DNA of 64,000 nt from Adineta vaga (lineage: Eukaryota; Animalia; Rotifera). Shown piece after piece: positions 13,130 through 26,995 of the stretch. The stretch covers positions 6,014,001 to 6,078,000 of the forward strand of contig CP075493.1 of NCBI GenBank assembly GCA_021613535.1, read 5' to 3'. The notes beneath the pieces are model-generated. The model was not told where the DNA came from. It searched no databases and saw nothing but the letters and a program-made list of their open reading frames with translations. Within the stretch, counting starts at the first letter, position 1; every line of letters begins with the position of its first letter. Made by a program: the position numbers and the translations under genes.

Positions 13130-14513
13130 TCTAGTTTCCTTCTCTCGATAAACAATGTTTCTATATAGATTTTTCGTTTTTTTTTCTTTCATTATGAACA
13201 AACTTTCAAAAACAAATCACATACACTTTTTTTTCTTTCAATTCCCTTTGGGGACAACCGCTTCTTGTTTTTTAAAAAACAACAGTTATTTGATTTCTTG
13301 GAATGATGTGCCTTGTTTAGGAATATCCGATGTGAAAGATAGAAAGAAGCCGGTGTCTTTATTCAATGTGTATGTATGATGACTTCTGTTGTTGTTGTTG
13401 GTGGTGGTGTTGCTCTTCTTCTTCTTATTTGGATTGATTTGTTACCAGAAAAAAGAACGTTTTCTTCTGTTTTTTGTTTCTTTTTTTCTTTTTGAAAACT
13501 TTATATACATATACGTTTTTTGTTCAGAGAATGCTAAAGAGAAGAAAAACAAAGAGCACGCATGTGCGCATATAGCAAATTTGTTTTTGTTCAATTGTTG
13601 AATAATCAAAGAAAAAATGTTCTGATTAAATTCTTTTAAGAAATGAAGGAAGAATGACGTTTGAAAAATCTTCATTTAATGAATTTTCTTATACAAACTG
13701 AAATCTATAGTACATTTATTCATTGTATTTCACTATTAATAATGTGTTATGAATATAATATAAGGAGAAGATTCTATTATTGTACAAGTTTTGTAACTAT
13801 CGTATTCTATTGAAGTTTTCTTAATGTGTAGGAACGTCAAACAAAATTCAGTAGACTAGTAATCATTTATTATTAATAAAGAACAGTTTTTACTTGATCG
13901 ATTTTTCACAATTGTCTAGATTATACGTCGCAATCATTTTTATATAAAAAAACTATTTCTATGATCTTATCTACGAAAAAAGAAGTACTTGATTCTATTC
14001 TAATAACATGATTAAATAATAGAATTGGAATATTTATTAATAAATACAAATTGAGAATAATTGTGGGCAGTGCTAAGATCTTCTATAAAAGAATTTTTAT
14101 TCATAATAGAAATTAATATCCTATGAAAAGTATTCGCCTCCTTCTAACATATATAAAACCAATTATCATTCTCTTCTTTCTTATTAAACATTCATTAGGA
14201 ATATTGCCATTGATATTTTATAATTCATATACAATTCTTACATGCATGAAGTGTCCTATATAAAGATAGGTGACTTTCTTAGATGACGAAAGAAGGTGAG
14301 TGTAAATCACTAAGGATCAACACGCGTGTAATGATGGAAAAATCATCTATTTAACTGTATATACCATGCTCACTTTAGATACATAAATACAAGTGAATAA
14401 TCAGACAACAGAGTATACTTTTTTTCTCACTTCAGTAAGTTTTTGGTTTCGTTGAATCTTATCTCATATCAAGAATCTTCTCTTTTATTTTAATCAGTTC
14501 CATACTATAACAT

Positions 14514-14870
14514 ATGGCACGATCAGCATTCCTATCAATTATTTTTGTATTCATTTTATCCATGTATCAAATTAACCAAACATTAACATTCAGTTTATCA
14601 TATCCGAAATATATTCCACTATCAAATGATCGTTATAAATTTATTCATGAATATTTTCGACAAGTAAGAAAATGGAATTTTCAAAAATCATTGCTTATTC
14701 ATCTATTCTAGATGAATCAAAAACAAGTGTCTCCACTTAACAATTTTCTTGAATCAGATAATACTCAAACTATGCCTCGTATAAATTGGTTCAAACGCGA
14801 TTTACATATATCGCCTAGAATGAATCGACGTATGCTTTGTTTCTTTAATACTGTCACTTGTTTTGGTTAA
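14514..14870 (+). CDS. AstC: Allatostatin-C/somatostatin-family neuropeptide precursor (exons 14514-14663 and 14712-14870)
   Basis: Signal peptide, 48-bp GT-AG intron, then KR and RR dibasic sites before the C-terminal MLCFFNTVTCFG*. This matches the AstC C-x-F-N-x-x-x-C-F ring and has an amidation Gly. AATAAA follows the stop. Confidence 0.88.
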
Positions 14871-15556
14871 GAAATATAAATAAATTTATGTTATTAATAT
14901 CAATGACATACGCGTTGGATATAGTAAACTATATTTATTCTATTCGTCGTATTTTATGACATTTAGTTTTAATAAAAAGTCGATGAGTCGTTAATACTTT
15001 TTTCTTTTCTTATTATTTTCATGATCTTGTGTAAATTTTATAACATCAACCTTTTGATTAACAGTCTCATGAGTTAATCGTAATTGTCTTTCAAAAGCAA
15101 ACGTAAACGTCTCATGGACAGCAAGAGATCAATAACTAAAACTATCAATAAATGTTGCTAGAATGTAAAGTACATCTACTACATAGTCATCAGGTTTTCC
15201 ATACGAATCAGTAACAATATAATGTGATGTAGGCGGTAAGCATCTCGAAAGACATGATTAGACAAACATCAAAGTCTAATTGCATGACGGAAGTGTAAGT
15301 GACAATATAAATGACTTTTAATAAGTATCTGAATTATGCAAAATAGTGGATGCTCTTAGATCAATCGATTTTGATCTTCAAATCTCTTGTTGATATTTCG
15401 ATAAATATTTACTCAATAAAATCTATGAGATAAATACTTATGACTACGTTACGAAAATGTTTCTAGTTTTATTATTTTATTATATGAAGATAACAATATA
15501 AAATCGTTATCTTCTATTATAAAAATTCAAACATTGACCACTGATTTTCGTTTATT

Positions 15557-18500
15557 ATGGCAAAGTTGGAACGGAACAGGTTTGTAGATTTTCATAATTG
15601 ATCTTCTCGAAGAATAAGAAATACTTCCCATCTAATTTGTACTTTACATAAAAATGTTGTCAGTCAAGATGTTCTTTAATATGCATTGGTGTATAAACAA
15701 AATTTTTGTCATCCGGAATACAGATGTTTAATTCTTTCTATTTGATAATTATGAATATTTATATAATCGAGGGAGCAAAAAAAAGAAATGTCATTTTTGG
15801 ATTTTCTGATGGCAAAAGAATTGTCCTATAGTAGTAATAATCGAAGAAAGTAAGTAGAAAAACAGAATAATAAATTTCATTTCGATGACAATAGAAAATA
15901 AGTTCGATTGTTTCATTATTGAATAGAATTATTTTGATTGCTCTTGGTATTCTTGCTGGAGCACTTCTCATCTCAACGATTGTTTTAGGTGCTCTATATG
16001 GAGCACAGAAAAATAAAACATCAACTACAACTGGTAAGAAACATATTCTTTATTTATGTATATTGTCTAATTATTTAATGTTTGTTTTTTATATAGGAAC
16101 AAATGATGATTTATGTTTAACACCGTATTGTGTTAAAGCAGGTTAGATCAATTTGAGTAAATCAATTGAACGTTTTGTTTTGTTACTATTTTATAGCAAA
16201 TTATATTTTGGAAAGTATTGATGAAACAGTAGAACCATGTGAAAATTTCTTTGAATTTACTTGTGGAACTTGGTTAAAAAATCATCGTATACCTGATGAT
16301 GGTAAGTGAAATTGAAACGATTGATGAAGGAATCTATATGAACATTTGATTTATTTTAGCGGGTTCACAAGATACATTTAATGTTCTACGAAGTCAATTG
16401 GATAACGATATTGTTGGTAAATAAAAATTCTCAATTATTTGTTATTTTTAGTCAGTTTTTTGATAGATTTATATGTATTAACAGTGAATAGTAATCATAG
16501 AGATGATTAAATGTACTTTCTTCGATTTGATGTGACATAGGAAATGAACAGAAAAGTATAATTTAAGATAACTGATTCATTGAGACGCGATGTGATAGAT
16601 GTTTTCTTCTATTTGTTTACATGTTGCAACTTTTCAACGTCTAATCGGATCCTTCGATCTCAAATATTTTATTTATAATTAGATATTTTAACATTACCAC
16701 TTCCAGATGGCATGACTAATATTAAATCAATTAATAATGCTCGTGTTCTCTTTGATTCATGTGTTAATGAATCAGCTATCGAAACCGATAGTGTCAATAG
16801 TATACTCTCTTTAATCAATACTGAGTTTGGTGGTTGGCCAATGCTTCAAGGTTCATCATGGAATTCGTCAACATTTAATCTTTCACGTTTATTACTTAAA
16901 CTACGTGAATATAATCATCATATAATTTATAGTTGTGGAACATCTATTGATGATACAAATTCTTCTATCTATTATATTCGTGTAAGTATTCTTCCAAGTT
17001 AATTAGTGATTTATTTTCGAATTATTTCCAACATTTAGGTTTCACAAAGTGATCTTGGTCTTGAACAACGATCGAATTATTTCAATGACACACGTTTAAC
17101 AACTGCTTATCGACAATTTATGCGTGATTTAGCATTGTTATTAACAAATGATACGACAATGATCAATCAAGATGTTGATGATATATATAATTTTGAGAAA
17201 AAAATTTCATCTGTAAAATATGATTTTTCTCTCTTTGAAATGTAATTAAAATTATTCGAATATTTAGTCTCATCTTACACCTGCTGAACAACGTGACAAA
17301 CAAAATGAAACTGTTCGAACAACAATTGGTAATCTTTCGACAATATTTGATACGAATGTAAAAAGATTTTTCTCTTCTTTTCTTTTCATAACTATGTTTG
17401 ATCTTTATTTAGTTTGGATTTACGAATTACATAAGACAAATTTATTCTTCAAACAATATAACATTGAATGATAATGATACTGTTTCAATTAGTGATATAG
17501 ATTTTCTACGAAATGCATCAACAACTCTGACAGAATCAAATTCACGTACAATACAAAATTATTTTATATGGCGTTTTATGATGAATCGAGTATCAGATTT
17601 GCCAAAACGTTTTCGTTCAATTAGAGAACCATTTGATCGAGAATTTCGTGGTATTAGTTCACAAAAACCACGTACAATCACATGTGGAAGTTTTGTTAAT
17701 AATAATATGGGATTTGCTGTATCAAAAATTTACGTTGTACGATATTTTGATGAAAATGCAAGAAATCAGGTATTAAAATTTCATATTAAACATTAATAAA
17801 TATACACCAATCATATTTCAAAATTTATTTAGTCATTAGAAATGATTCGTAATATTCGAAATGCATTCATTGAAATGATTGATGGTTCATCATGGATGGA
17901 TGCAAGTTCGAAAACTAAAGCCAAAGAAAAGGTATATTGAAAATCACTATTTTCAACTAGAGTTTTTTCAGAGAATTCTTTTTGAAAGGCAGTGGCAATT
18001 GATGAAAAAATTGGTTATCCTGAATATGTCGGTAGTAGTAATACATCCGAATTGGAAAAGATGTATTCTGAAGTAAGAAAGTGTTGAAGATATTTCCATA
18101 CATCGATGAATATATTGTTTCATATGTTTTTTAGTATGTTTTCGGTACAATATATTCGGCTAACGTTATAAAATTATTACAAATCAAATCTCGAGAAAGT
18201 CTTCAAAGACTTCGTGAAGTTGTAGATCGAAAGGCATGGGGTACAAGTCCACCGACAGTTGTCAATGCTTTTTATACGCCATCAAGAAATCAAATTAGTA
18301 AAGAAACTATTATTTCATTTCATATTCATTCGATATATATATACTTTCGTTGTCAGGTTTTCCAGCTGGTATTCTTCAAACACCATTTTTTAATAAAGAT
18401 GCACCGAAGTGAGTTTTATTCTATTATTTATAACCTGTGCAAACCATTGAACTCTTATTTAGATATCTGAATTATGGTGGTAAGTTGCAATTGATAGTCG

Positions 18501-19833
18501 AGTTTCTAGAAAGAATCAAGAAAGTTATTAGGAATTGGCGCAGTTATCGGTCATGAAATTACACATGGCTTTGATGATAATGGTCGTCAATATGATAAGG
18601 ATGGTAATCGCGTACTTTGGTGGACTCAGGAAACTATCAATAAGTTTATTGAGCGTAAAACATGTATCGTCGATCAATATAGTAACTATATTGTTGCTCA
18701 AATCAATCGAACAGTAACTACGATATTTTAATTGTGATCCATGATTTTATATGATGTCATTTCAGGTAAATGGTAATCAAACTCAAGGTGAAAATATTGC
18801 GGATAATGGTGGAATAAAAGAAGCATTTTATGTAAGTTCTGAATGTAAAATCTATTTCGAAAGAAACAAAAGATATCGTTTTTTTTAAATTTAATCTAAA
18901 CACATAATCTCTGTTTCATATCTAGGCGTATAAAAAATTATCATTGACAGAAGATAATCTAACTTTACCTGGATTAAAAAATTATACGAGAGAACAACTT
19001 TTTTTCATTTGGTTTGCACGAATTCGTTGTTATTCAGAATATCATGATTATGTAGCCTATATAAAACGATTGGTTAAGAAACAATCGACTGGGCATGCCA
19101 TTGATGAATTTCGGTAGTAAAAGATTTTCTTTTGACAACGTCCTTGTGTTTGATGTGTCTGCTTTTGTTTTTGTAATCTGTTGTATGTTCATTGCATGTG
19201 CATGTATGTTTGTTTTTGTAGTCTTATCAAAAATGGATGAAAGCAAATGGAAATATTGATAGAAAATTACCTGGTTTGAATAAGTATTCACCTGAACAGT
19301 TATTTTTTATTAATTATGGTCAAATTTGGTGTTCGAAAATGACAGATGCAAATGCGTTAAGTCGAGTTTTATCGGGTGTTCACTCACCTGGAAGATTCAG
19401 GTATTGTGAAAATCGATCTCTAAGCATACTGGAACGAGAAAGGACGTCAAATAAGATTTCTTTCCGACAGTTCTCTAGTCTTTTGTTAGAATGATAAATA
19501 CCGATTACTATGGTTAAATAGTTATTGAGTCATATAATTCTATTAGTTACATTGAAATAGATTTAAATTTCGAATAGCAAGGACTCAAACGTTCTGTTTC
19601 ACTTGTAGCGACAAAGTATGATTGTAATCACTGTTATCTATTGTATTTATAATCATTACTCCCTTCCTGCTTGACGCATGTTTTTTGTTCTCTTTTATTT
19701 TATGTGCAAAACTAACATTCCGTTTTTTTCTAGAGTTATTGGTCCAACATCAAATTTTGATGAATTTGATCGCGTATTTGGTTGTAAACTTGGCCAGAAC
19801 AATAGCCGGTTAACAAAATGCACTGTGTGGTAA
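15557..19833 (+). CDS. Neprilysin/ECE-family (M13) type II membrane zinc metallopeptidase, many exons
   Basis: Putative first exon MAKLERN(R) at 15557 splices in phase to the TM exon. Motifs [41 protein letters not shown] (HExxH), GENIADNGG, and final exon ...KCTVW*. Confidence 0.95.
18926..19113 (+). CDS. Neprilysin alternative exon A (divergent duplicate of exon 19222-19400, predicted mutually exclusive)
   Basis: AG acceptor at 18924-18925, 188 nt open (62 codons + 2), GT donor at 19114. Translates [35 protein letters not shown]...TGHAIDEF(R), with the same phase 0/2 as the canonical exon. Confidence 0.8.
19222..19400 (+). CDS. Neprilysin alternative exon B (canonical M13 sequence)
   Basis: 179 nt (59 codons + 2): [37 protein letters not shown]...VHSPGRF(R). 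Phase 0/2. Confidence 0.9.
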
Positions 19834-20351
19834 TCAACAATAAGAAAATCGATTTTTATCTACATCTACATTGAATTTCGAAAAACAAACACACGGCATT
19901 TTTTTATTGTGTCTTGAAATATGTCTAAAAGAACGTCATTTTCAATGTATTTTGATTCCTAAATAAAAGAAGAATTAATTTTATGAATTCTCTTTAGTGT
20001 CTCTATGTTTATTATATATATATATATATCAATAGAATAAAACTGTTTGAATTCGAAAAACGGAAGAAGAAAGTTTATAGAAATGTACACCATGAAAAAT
20101 TGTTTGGAAGTAAAAATAATTGTTCAATTATGTCCTAAAAAAGAGAAATTTCAAGTTAATAAATAGTTGATCGAATTCATCTAAGAAATGAGAATTAGAA
20201 GTGCAATGCAAAAAATAACATGCTAAATGAATTCGATAGTCGAAGAAAAAGAAATCATCAAATCGATTTTCTCTGCGAATAGATATTTATATATGTTTAT
20301 GTATATATATGTAATAATAGCATTAAGAGCAATTTTCTTACATGAAAATAA

Positions 20352-23300
20352 CTAAAGAAATTTCGCCGACATTTCTGCCGACACATTATTCCTAATTGAA
20401 GTTAGTTATTGATAACAAGTATAACAATCAGAGATAGTAACTTACTGACTAAAATGTTGTTCAGCTTTTGGATCGAAAACATTCAATGAGACCGTTGAGC
20501 CGGGACCGATTTTATCTGAAGGAGAAAACACACTAGTTTATTAGAAAAAAAAGAGAATTATTCGATATTCTATACCAGTCGCGAATATTTTTGGTATATC
20601 AGGTATCATATCAATAGAAGATGGAGGCATACCAGGATGAAGAGTACGTATAACAGGTCCATATGTAACATCCCATGTGTCCAAATTACCGATCTTTTGT
20701 GGAATGTATAATGGAAATCGACAATGACCAAGAGCACCTGAACTTTAAAAATAATCAATGAAAATAATCTATTCAAAATCATACCACTCAATCGTTGTCG
20801 AACAATGACAAGTGCTTGAATACGTGTAGGCATAAACGATTGACGAGTTTCTTTCATTGATAGAATTAATTTATCATTAGGAATATCAACAGTTAGTCGT
20901 TGCCAATTTTGTACAGCTGCTTCTTTCTCACCTAAAAGTTCACATAAAGATCATTATTTTCAAAATAATTCAATGAAATTTCTTTACGAAGAATGGGAAC
21001 TGATTCAGTTCCGATATCACATAGTTTTTCACCCGCTCCATAAACTTGAATATCTACTGTTAATGATTTTGTATCAAAATCATTTCGGGATCCTCCACTC
21101 TAAACAAACTTCATGCATTCAAACTATCTTTTACATAATAAATCGCTGCTTACAACTGAAGAATTGACTGGAACAGCTAATGTTAATGATATATCTTTGA
21201 TACCAATTGTTTCTAAATAAGCTTTTTTACGATTGATTATTTGTTGATAATTACTGTTCTGCGGTAAACTTTGTTTTGCCGGATACGAACGTTGATTCAT
21301 TCCAGGAATATATTTTGGATCTTCATTTTTCAAAGCCAAATGAACAAAAGCTGCTTGAACATCCAATGTATGTAATAGACATGGTTCCTCAAGGAAAACT
21401 TTTCGCATTTCATCATAATCAGTTGCATACATAAAACGATCACGAAGTAAATAGAGAACAGCTTTAGTCGCATGTTCGATATATTGCGTATTCCATTTAA
21501 TCATAAAGAATTGATCCCATAGATAGAGAGCAGCATTCGAATTAAGAATACCGAAAAACATCTATGACAAAAAATAGATCAGTAATTCGTACACTTTCAA
21601 TCATATGTCCCTATATCTGTCTTACTTCTCCAATCCATTTTCGAAGAAAAATCACTGGATCAGCCATTAAATCTCTTGAATATTGCGATGCACTACCACT
21701 ATGTTTACTTTCTAATGAAATAATTTCTGCAACGAAATCCTATTTTAATAGACGAAAAGAATTCATTTTCAATCAAGTAAAAGGAAAATGAGTATTCGTT
21801 TACTTTCGGATTAATTTTTGTTCGAATTTTTGATATTGTTTTCAAATGATCATAAAATTCTGGATCATTCGTCGATAAATCTGTCATAATTTTACTTGCA
21901 ATTGAGAAAACATTTGTCCATTCTGGAAAACAATGACGAACAAATAAATCCAAATGCATAGCAATAACATAGATTTCTTCATCTAAATCGATACAATACA
22001 TGAATGAAAAAAAACCAAATAGACAATTTTGAAGATACAAAATAGACTACCTTTATTCGCTTCATCACGATATGATAATTGAAATGGTAATAACCAATAG
22101 ATAAAATAAGGTTCATAATCTTTTCTATATGTATAAAGAACATTGAGAATTTTAATTGTAAATCGAAGATGATGTTCTTCAAGAAATGGTTGTAATGCAT
22201 GGACTTTACTGTAGGTCTACAAATAGAATAAGTATTACTTAACTATTGATACTAAATAGTCTTGTTAGTAATCATTTAAAATAATCTCAAAGTTTTCTTT
22301 GTATGAAATATAAATTGGATATAACGAAAGTATCTTACTTCTATAACTGCATTTTCAATTAAATTTGTTACTGGTGTACTAGATGGATTAGTTAATTTCA
22401 GATCAGTTTTACCACGTGTAATACCAGCTGCAAATTCACGTCGAATTTGAAGTTCAACCAGACTCTAATCAATAGATAAAGAATAAAACTCTCATTCTCT
22501 CACGATCAAATCATCTTACTAGATCATAATCATGTGGTTTCTTTTCTACACGAAGTAAACATTCAGTCCAAATAAATTGACGAAGTGAAAGTGGAATTTG
22601 TTGACCAAATAATTTTTCTGTTATAAAAATAACACGACGTGGATCACGTTTGAGAAGAGCAACAACGGAACTGGAAACAATATCACTGTAATCGGACGTC
22701 ATCGGATAAGGTGCCGATGATAATTCTATAATGAAACTATTAAAATATTGTATTCCTATTGATTTCATACAGACCAGTAATCATTGGTAATTTTTTTGAA
22801 TTAGTTTTTGAATCTCTCAGAATTGATCGTAATTTTGAACCACTATTCAATTCATCTAAATGTTTTCTTTTATTTGCTTCTTGTAATTTTTGTTCTTCCT
22901 GTTTTGTACTCTCTTTCTGTTGAACTTGATATAAATAACGTTCCAATGATTTACGAACGATTTGATAGGTATGTTCAAGAAAATTTTTCATATCATTCGA
23001 TAGTTTATTAATACTAGAAAAACACAATTATCAATCGATGACAATGTAAGTTAGAATGTAATTCTTACTCTTCGTCTTCCGTCACCGCTAAAGAAATAAA
23101 AAAAAGATTATATAAGAGTTCAGAATTAAATCTTTGTTTCTATACCTGCGCCTATTTCAAGTGCAGATTTATGTGTTTGAATTTGTAACCATGATTTTGC
23201 TTCGTTTTCAAGTTTACGTCGATATTCTTCAGACATTGCTGGTGGACGCTAAATCATATTGAAATAGAATATTTAATCGGTATTCAAAATTGTCTACTCA

Positions 23301-23640
23301 CTAATGAATTAGGATGATAAGATTCTGATCGAAGTAGTCTAATATGAAAAAGTTTACCAAGTAATTCAATCAATATTTGTCGACGTTCAGGATTATTAAA
23401 TTGTTGACGAACTTTATTTGCTAGAGCGGGTTCCAAATCATTGAGTATCTATGAGGAGATAGTTGTAGTATTTCAAGACAAAACAAAATAGTTTTCTACT
23501 TTTTGCCAAGGACTATCCGGTAAAAGTGTTTGTTGATAACTTGAATCAAGCCATTGAATATTAAATGGAATATAATTTATATTATCTTCTTCTGCTACTT
23601 GTTTGACTGTTTTTTGACGATGATCAGTCTTATTTGCCAT
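20352..23640 (-). CDS. Uncharacterised protein with Rab-GAP TBC-like domain, multi-exon
   Basis: Consistent chain of GT-AG exons from MANKTDHRQ to ...EMSAKFL*. TBC-like segments QIPLSLRQFIWTECL, DPEFYDHL, FLRKWIGEMFFGIL and LYLWDQFF. Confidence 0.7.
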
Positions 23641-23733
23641 TATTACTAATATGTAATAACAATTGAGAACTCGAAAGTAAATGATTTTTAACAAACACTT
23701 AAAGATATCGTTAATAAATGTTGAAGAGCTTCC

Positions 23734-23747
23734 GTTGCTATGGTAAC
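23734..23747. promoter_or_regulatory. RFX X-box
   Basis: GTTGCTATGGTAAC is a near-palindromic match to the RFX consensus GTNRCC-N(0-3)-RGYAAC, about 95 bp upstream of the TBC-like gene ATG. CCAAT boxes lie nearby (about 23808-23830). Confidence 0.75.
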
Positions 23748-24181
23748 CGATAGGAAATGTATCGCATAGAAAATAAACTTAGAAGATTTTATCAAATCAT
23801 GATTTCTGATTGGTAGCTTTTTCGACCAATAAGATCACTTATTTTTCTTAATAATATTCACGAATTTAATTATTATTTCCTTTCAAAATAACTCTGCGTA
23901 GTAAAAAAAAGTCCACAAAAAAACAGAAACAAAAAGAACTAGAAATATTCTTCTACACAGACACACACACACATATATATATAAAGTAAATTCGATTTTT
24001 TTATTGCATCATCCAAGCTAGCTTTTGTCTCTCCACTCAAACGATTATAGAATAAGAAAGAGTTCTATATTAAAGAGATACTTGCAGGAATAGAATGAAT
24101 ATGTATGGAATGATACTACATTCACAAACAAAGGGAGAAAAATATATATATGTATATGGATCATAATCACCGGCGTAGTCA

Positions 24182-26995
24182 TCAGAAATAATCATCGTTC
24201 GTAGTGTCGTTGAATGATAAATTTGAATAACCTTGTTGTTCAGGATCAATATCTGCAATTCGAGTCATCATATTGCTGTCTTCATCTTTATTTGGTGATG
24301 TTGGATTGATGCTATTGGACGACAATAAACGATGTTTGTTTTTTGATTTCGTTTTAAAAGGAGCATTTGTAAAGACATTTGTTGATGGTGAAGATTTATC
24401 CGGAGGAAAAGATTCCGAATGAGGTAGTTTAGTTATTGATATACCAGAAATACTGGTAGCTTCACTCACTAGAATAAAATCAGTTTATATTTCTTTTTTT
24501 TTCTCAAAAATCGAACGATATGATACTAACCACTATTGTCAATATTCGTTCCTGGTTTTTTATAAGGAGCAAATGCACTTAGTTTCTTTCCAGTAACGAT
24601 ACTATTTGAATCGAATGAAGATGAAGGAAATGTAGTTATTATCCGATCAACAGTTGTTGATGATGATACTGATGTTTGTTTACTTGCAGATGAATGATGA
24701 AAAGGTGCACGAAGAAATGGATTGTTTGCATCATTACAAGAATTATTTGATGCATTTGCATATTGATTGGATATAGTCGAACGATGTAATGATTCCGTTG
24801 TTTGAATTAATCCACTGTCCGAATCATCATTGATAAGTCGATCAAAACCATTACTAATACTATTATCAAAATTATGTCCTGTTGAGAAGTTAGGTAAAAA
24901 TATTTGAAATTGATCTTGATGCATAGAATTTTCATAATATGAGTTTGAAGAAAAAGTATTTTTTTCCGCCTCCTCCGTTGATGGATGATGATTGATGGAT
25001 TTTGTTTTAACTTTCTATAGAAGAAAACAAATACAATTGTGTATAAAAGATTTCAAAAAAAAGACTTACTTGACTTTCTGATAAAAATACTTGATCATCA
25101 TCCGAATATAATTCTGAGCTATTTTGAATTTGATATTTACGAAGATTTTTTTTTACTAGATCAATGTTATTGTCATCATTGGCTATTTCATTTCGAACTG
25201 ATTGATCAACGGAGGAGGCGTTTTGAAAAGACGACTGGACGTTTGTTGGACTGATAGTTTGTGATGAACTACGTCGATGTATATGAACATTAGACGAAAG
25301 AGAAGATGGGGGTGGTGGTAATGGTGGTGGAAGCATTTGTTGATGTAGAGCAAAACCTGATGCAGTTGAAACAGATGCTGGTGGAGATGGTCGTACGCGA
25401 GATACATTTTGTTCACTAGTCGTATTTGATGTTAGAGTTGGAATATGTGTTAAACTAATTGCATGGGAGGGTATTTTTGAAAAATCATCATCGAACATGA
25501 GTTGAGCTGCTGAACCTGATCGAGATGGATTAGCTGAAGATGATGTTGGAGGAGGTGGTGGTGGAACAGTAAGAGTTTGTGGTTGATGAGGAGTTTGATT
25601 GAAATTAATTAAGGATGTCGATGGTGCTATCATACCACGTGGACGTTCACGTGGATTGACAGCTGTACCAAGAGATAAAGAATCATCGAGGACATTAGTT
25701 GAAGTTGATTTTATTTTTGATAGAGCATTTGTTCGTTGATATCGAGATTCACTATCGGTTAATGGCATGGATATTGCTTTTAAATCTGGAATTTTCGATT
25801 GACATCGATTAGGAATAGGACATTCTGTACCGAGTAATTTATATGTAAGATAGGAAACCTACATAGAAAAATTATGATATCGATCATAAGAAATCATGAA
25901 GACTGTTTTATTACCTGCCAGATATCTGGTCGTTTATTGATATCAATTTCTAATATGAATCGAACGAGTAAATTCAATTGTCGACTATATGTTTGAGCCA
26001 TATCATCTGGTATAACAAAGATTCCATTTTGTATTGCTAAAATACTATCACCAAATGGCATTGTATTATACATTAATCTATAGAGAAGACAACCCATCGC
26101 CCAAATATCGGCTTTTAAAGTAATTGGTAATCGACTATATAAATCAATCATTTCTGGTGCACGATACGATAATGTTGTATAACGTTGAATTTCTTCTTCG
26201 AGTTGTTGAATAATATTGGTTGTTAATTGATTCGCAGGATATTGTTGAAAGTCATTTGTTGTTGAAGGTGGTAGCAAAATTGCTGAACCAAAATCACAGA
26301 GAACATAGCTTTGATTAGAATTGATAAGAATATTTTCTAGTTTAATATCACGATGTAAAATTGGTTGAGGACGACGAAAATGAAGTGCACTAACAGCATT
26401 ACATGTATCAGCAAATATACGTAAAATTTGCTGTTCATTTAATGTTAAACCAATAGAACGTTGTTCATTAAGACGAGTCTAGAAAGAAGAAAGATGTATC
26501 AATTCAGAAATAGATATTAACAATCAAACTTACAATTAATGCTCCATATGAACAATATTCTGTTAATAGAAGAATTTCATAAATAGCATCATCATCATCA
26601 TTACCACTTTCATCTTCACCTGGATAATAATGACGTTTTGGTACATTCGTTGATGCTACTCGATGCACAGATGAATCAACATATTTGACAACATTTGGAT
26701 GTGTTGAAAATTCTTTCATTAACGAAATTTCACGTTGACAAACATGTAAATCACGTTGATTATTAACATACATTCGTTTAAGTGCATATCTTTGTTGATT
26801 ATAGGCTCGAACAAGGAAAACAAATGCAAAACCACCTTGACCAAGAATACTTTCTACCACAACTTGATGTTGATTTATTATTAAAATCTTTCCAATATAC
26901 GACGTAATATCTCCCGCATTTGTCGATGATGAATTTGTCTCATTCGATGATGGATTATATACATGGCGTCCGGGAACTCTTTGTGGACGTATCAT
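24182..26995 (-). CDS. AAK1: Numb-associated kinase (AAK1/BMP2K-like)
   Basis: LGQGGFAFVF, YALKRMYVNN, HRDIKLENIL, LCDFGSA and YTTLSYRAPEMIDLY. Long Pro/Ser-rich tail with NPF and FDDDF endocytic-type motifs. Confidence 0.92.

Noticed and set aside
24070-24258. Alternative-frame C-terminus or readthrough at the AAK1 stop
   Set aside because: The stop is followed by a second in-frame TGA and there is no splice support for the other frame.
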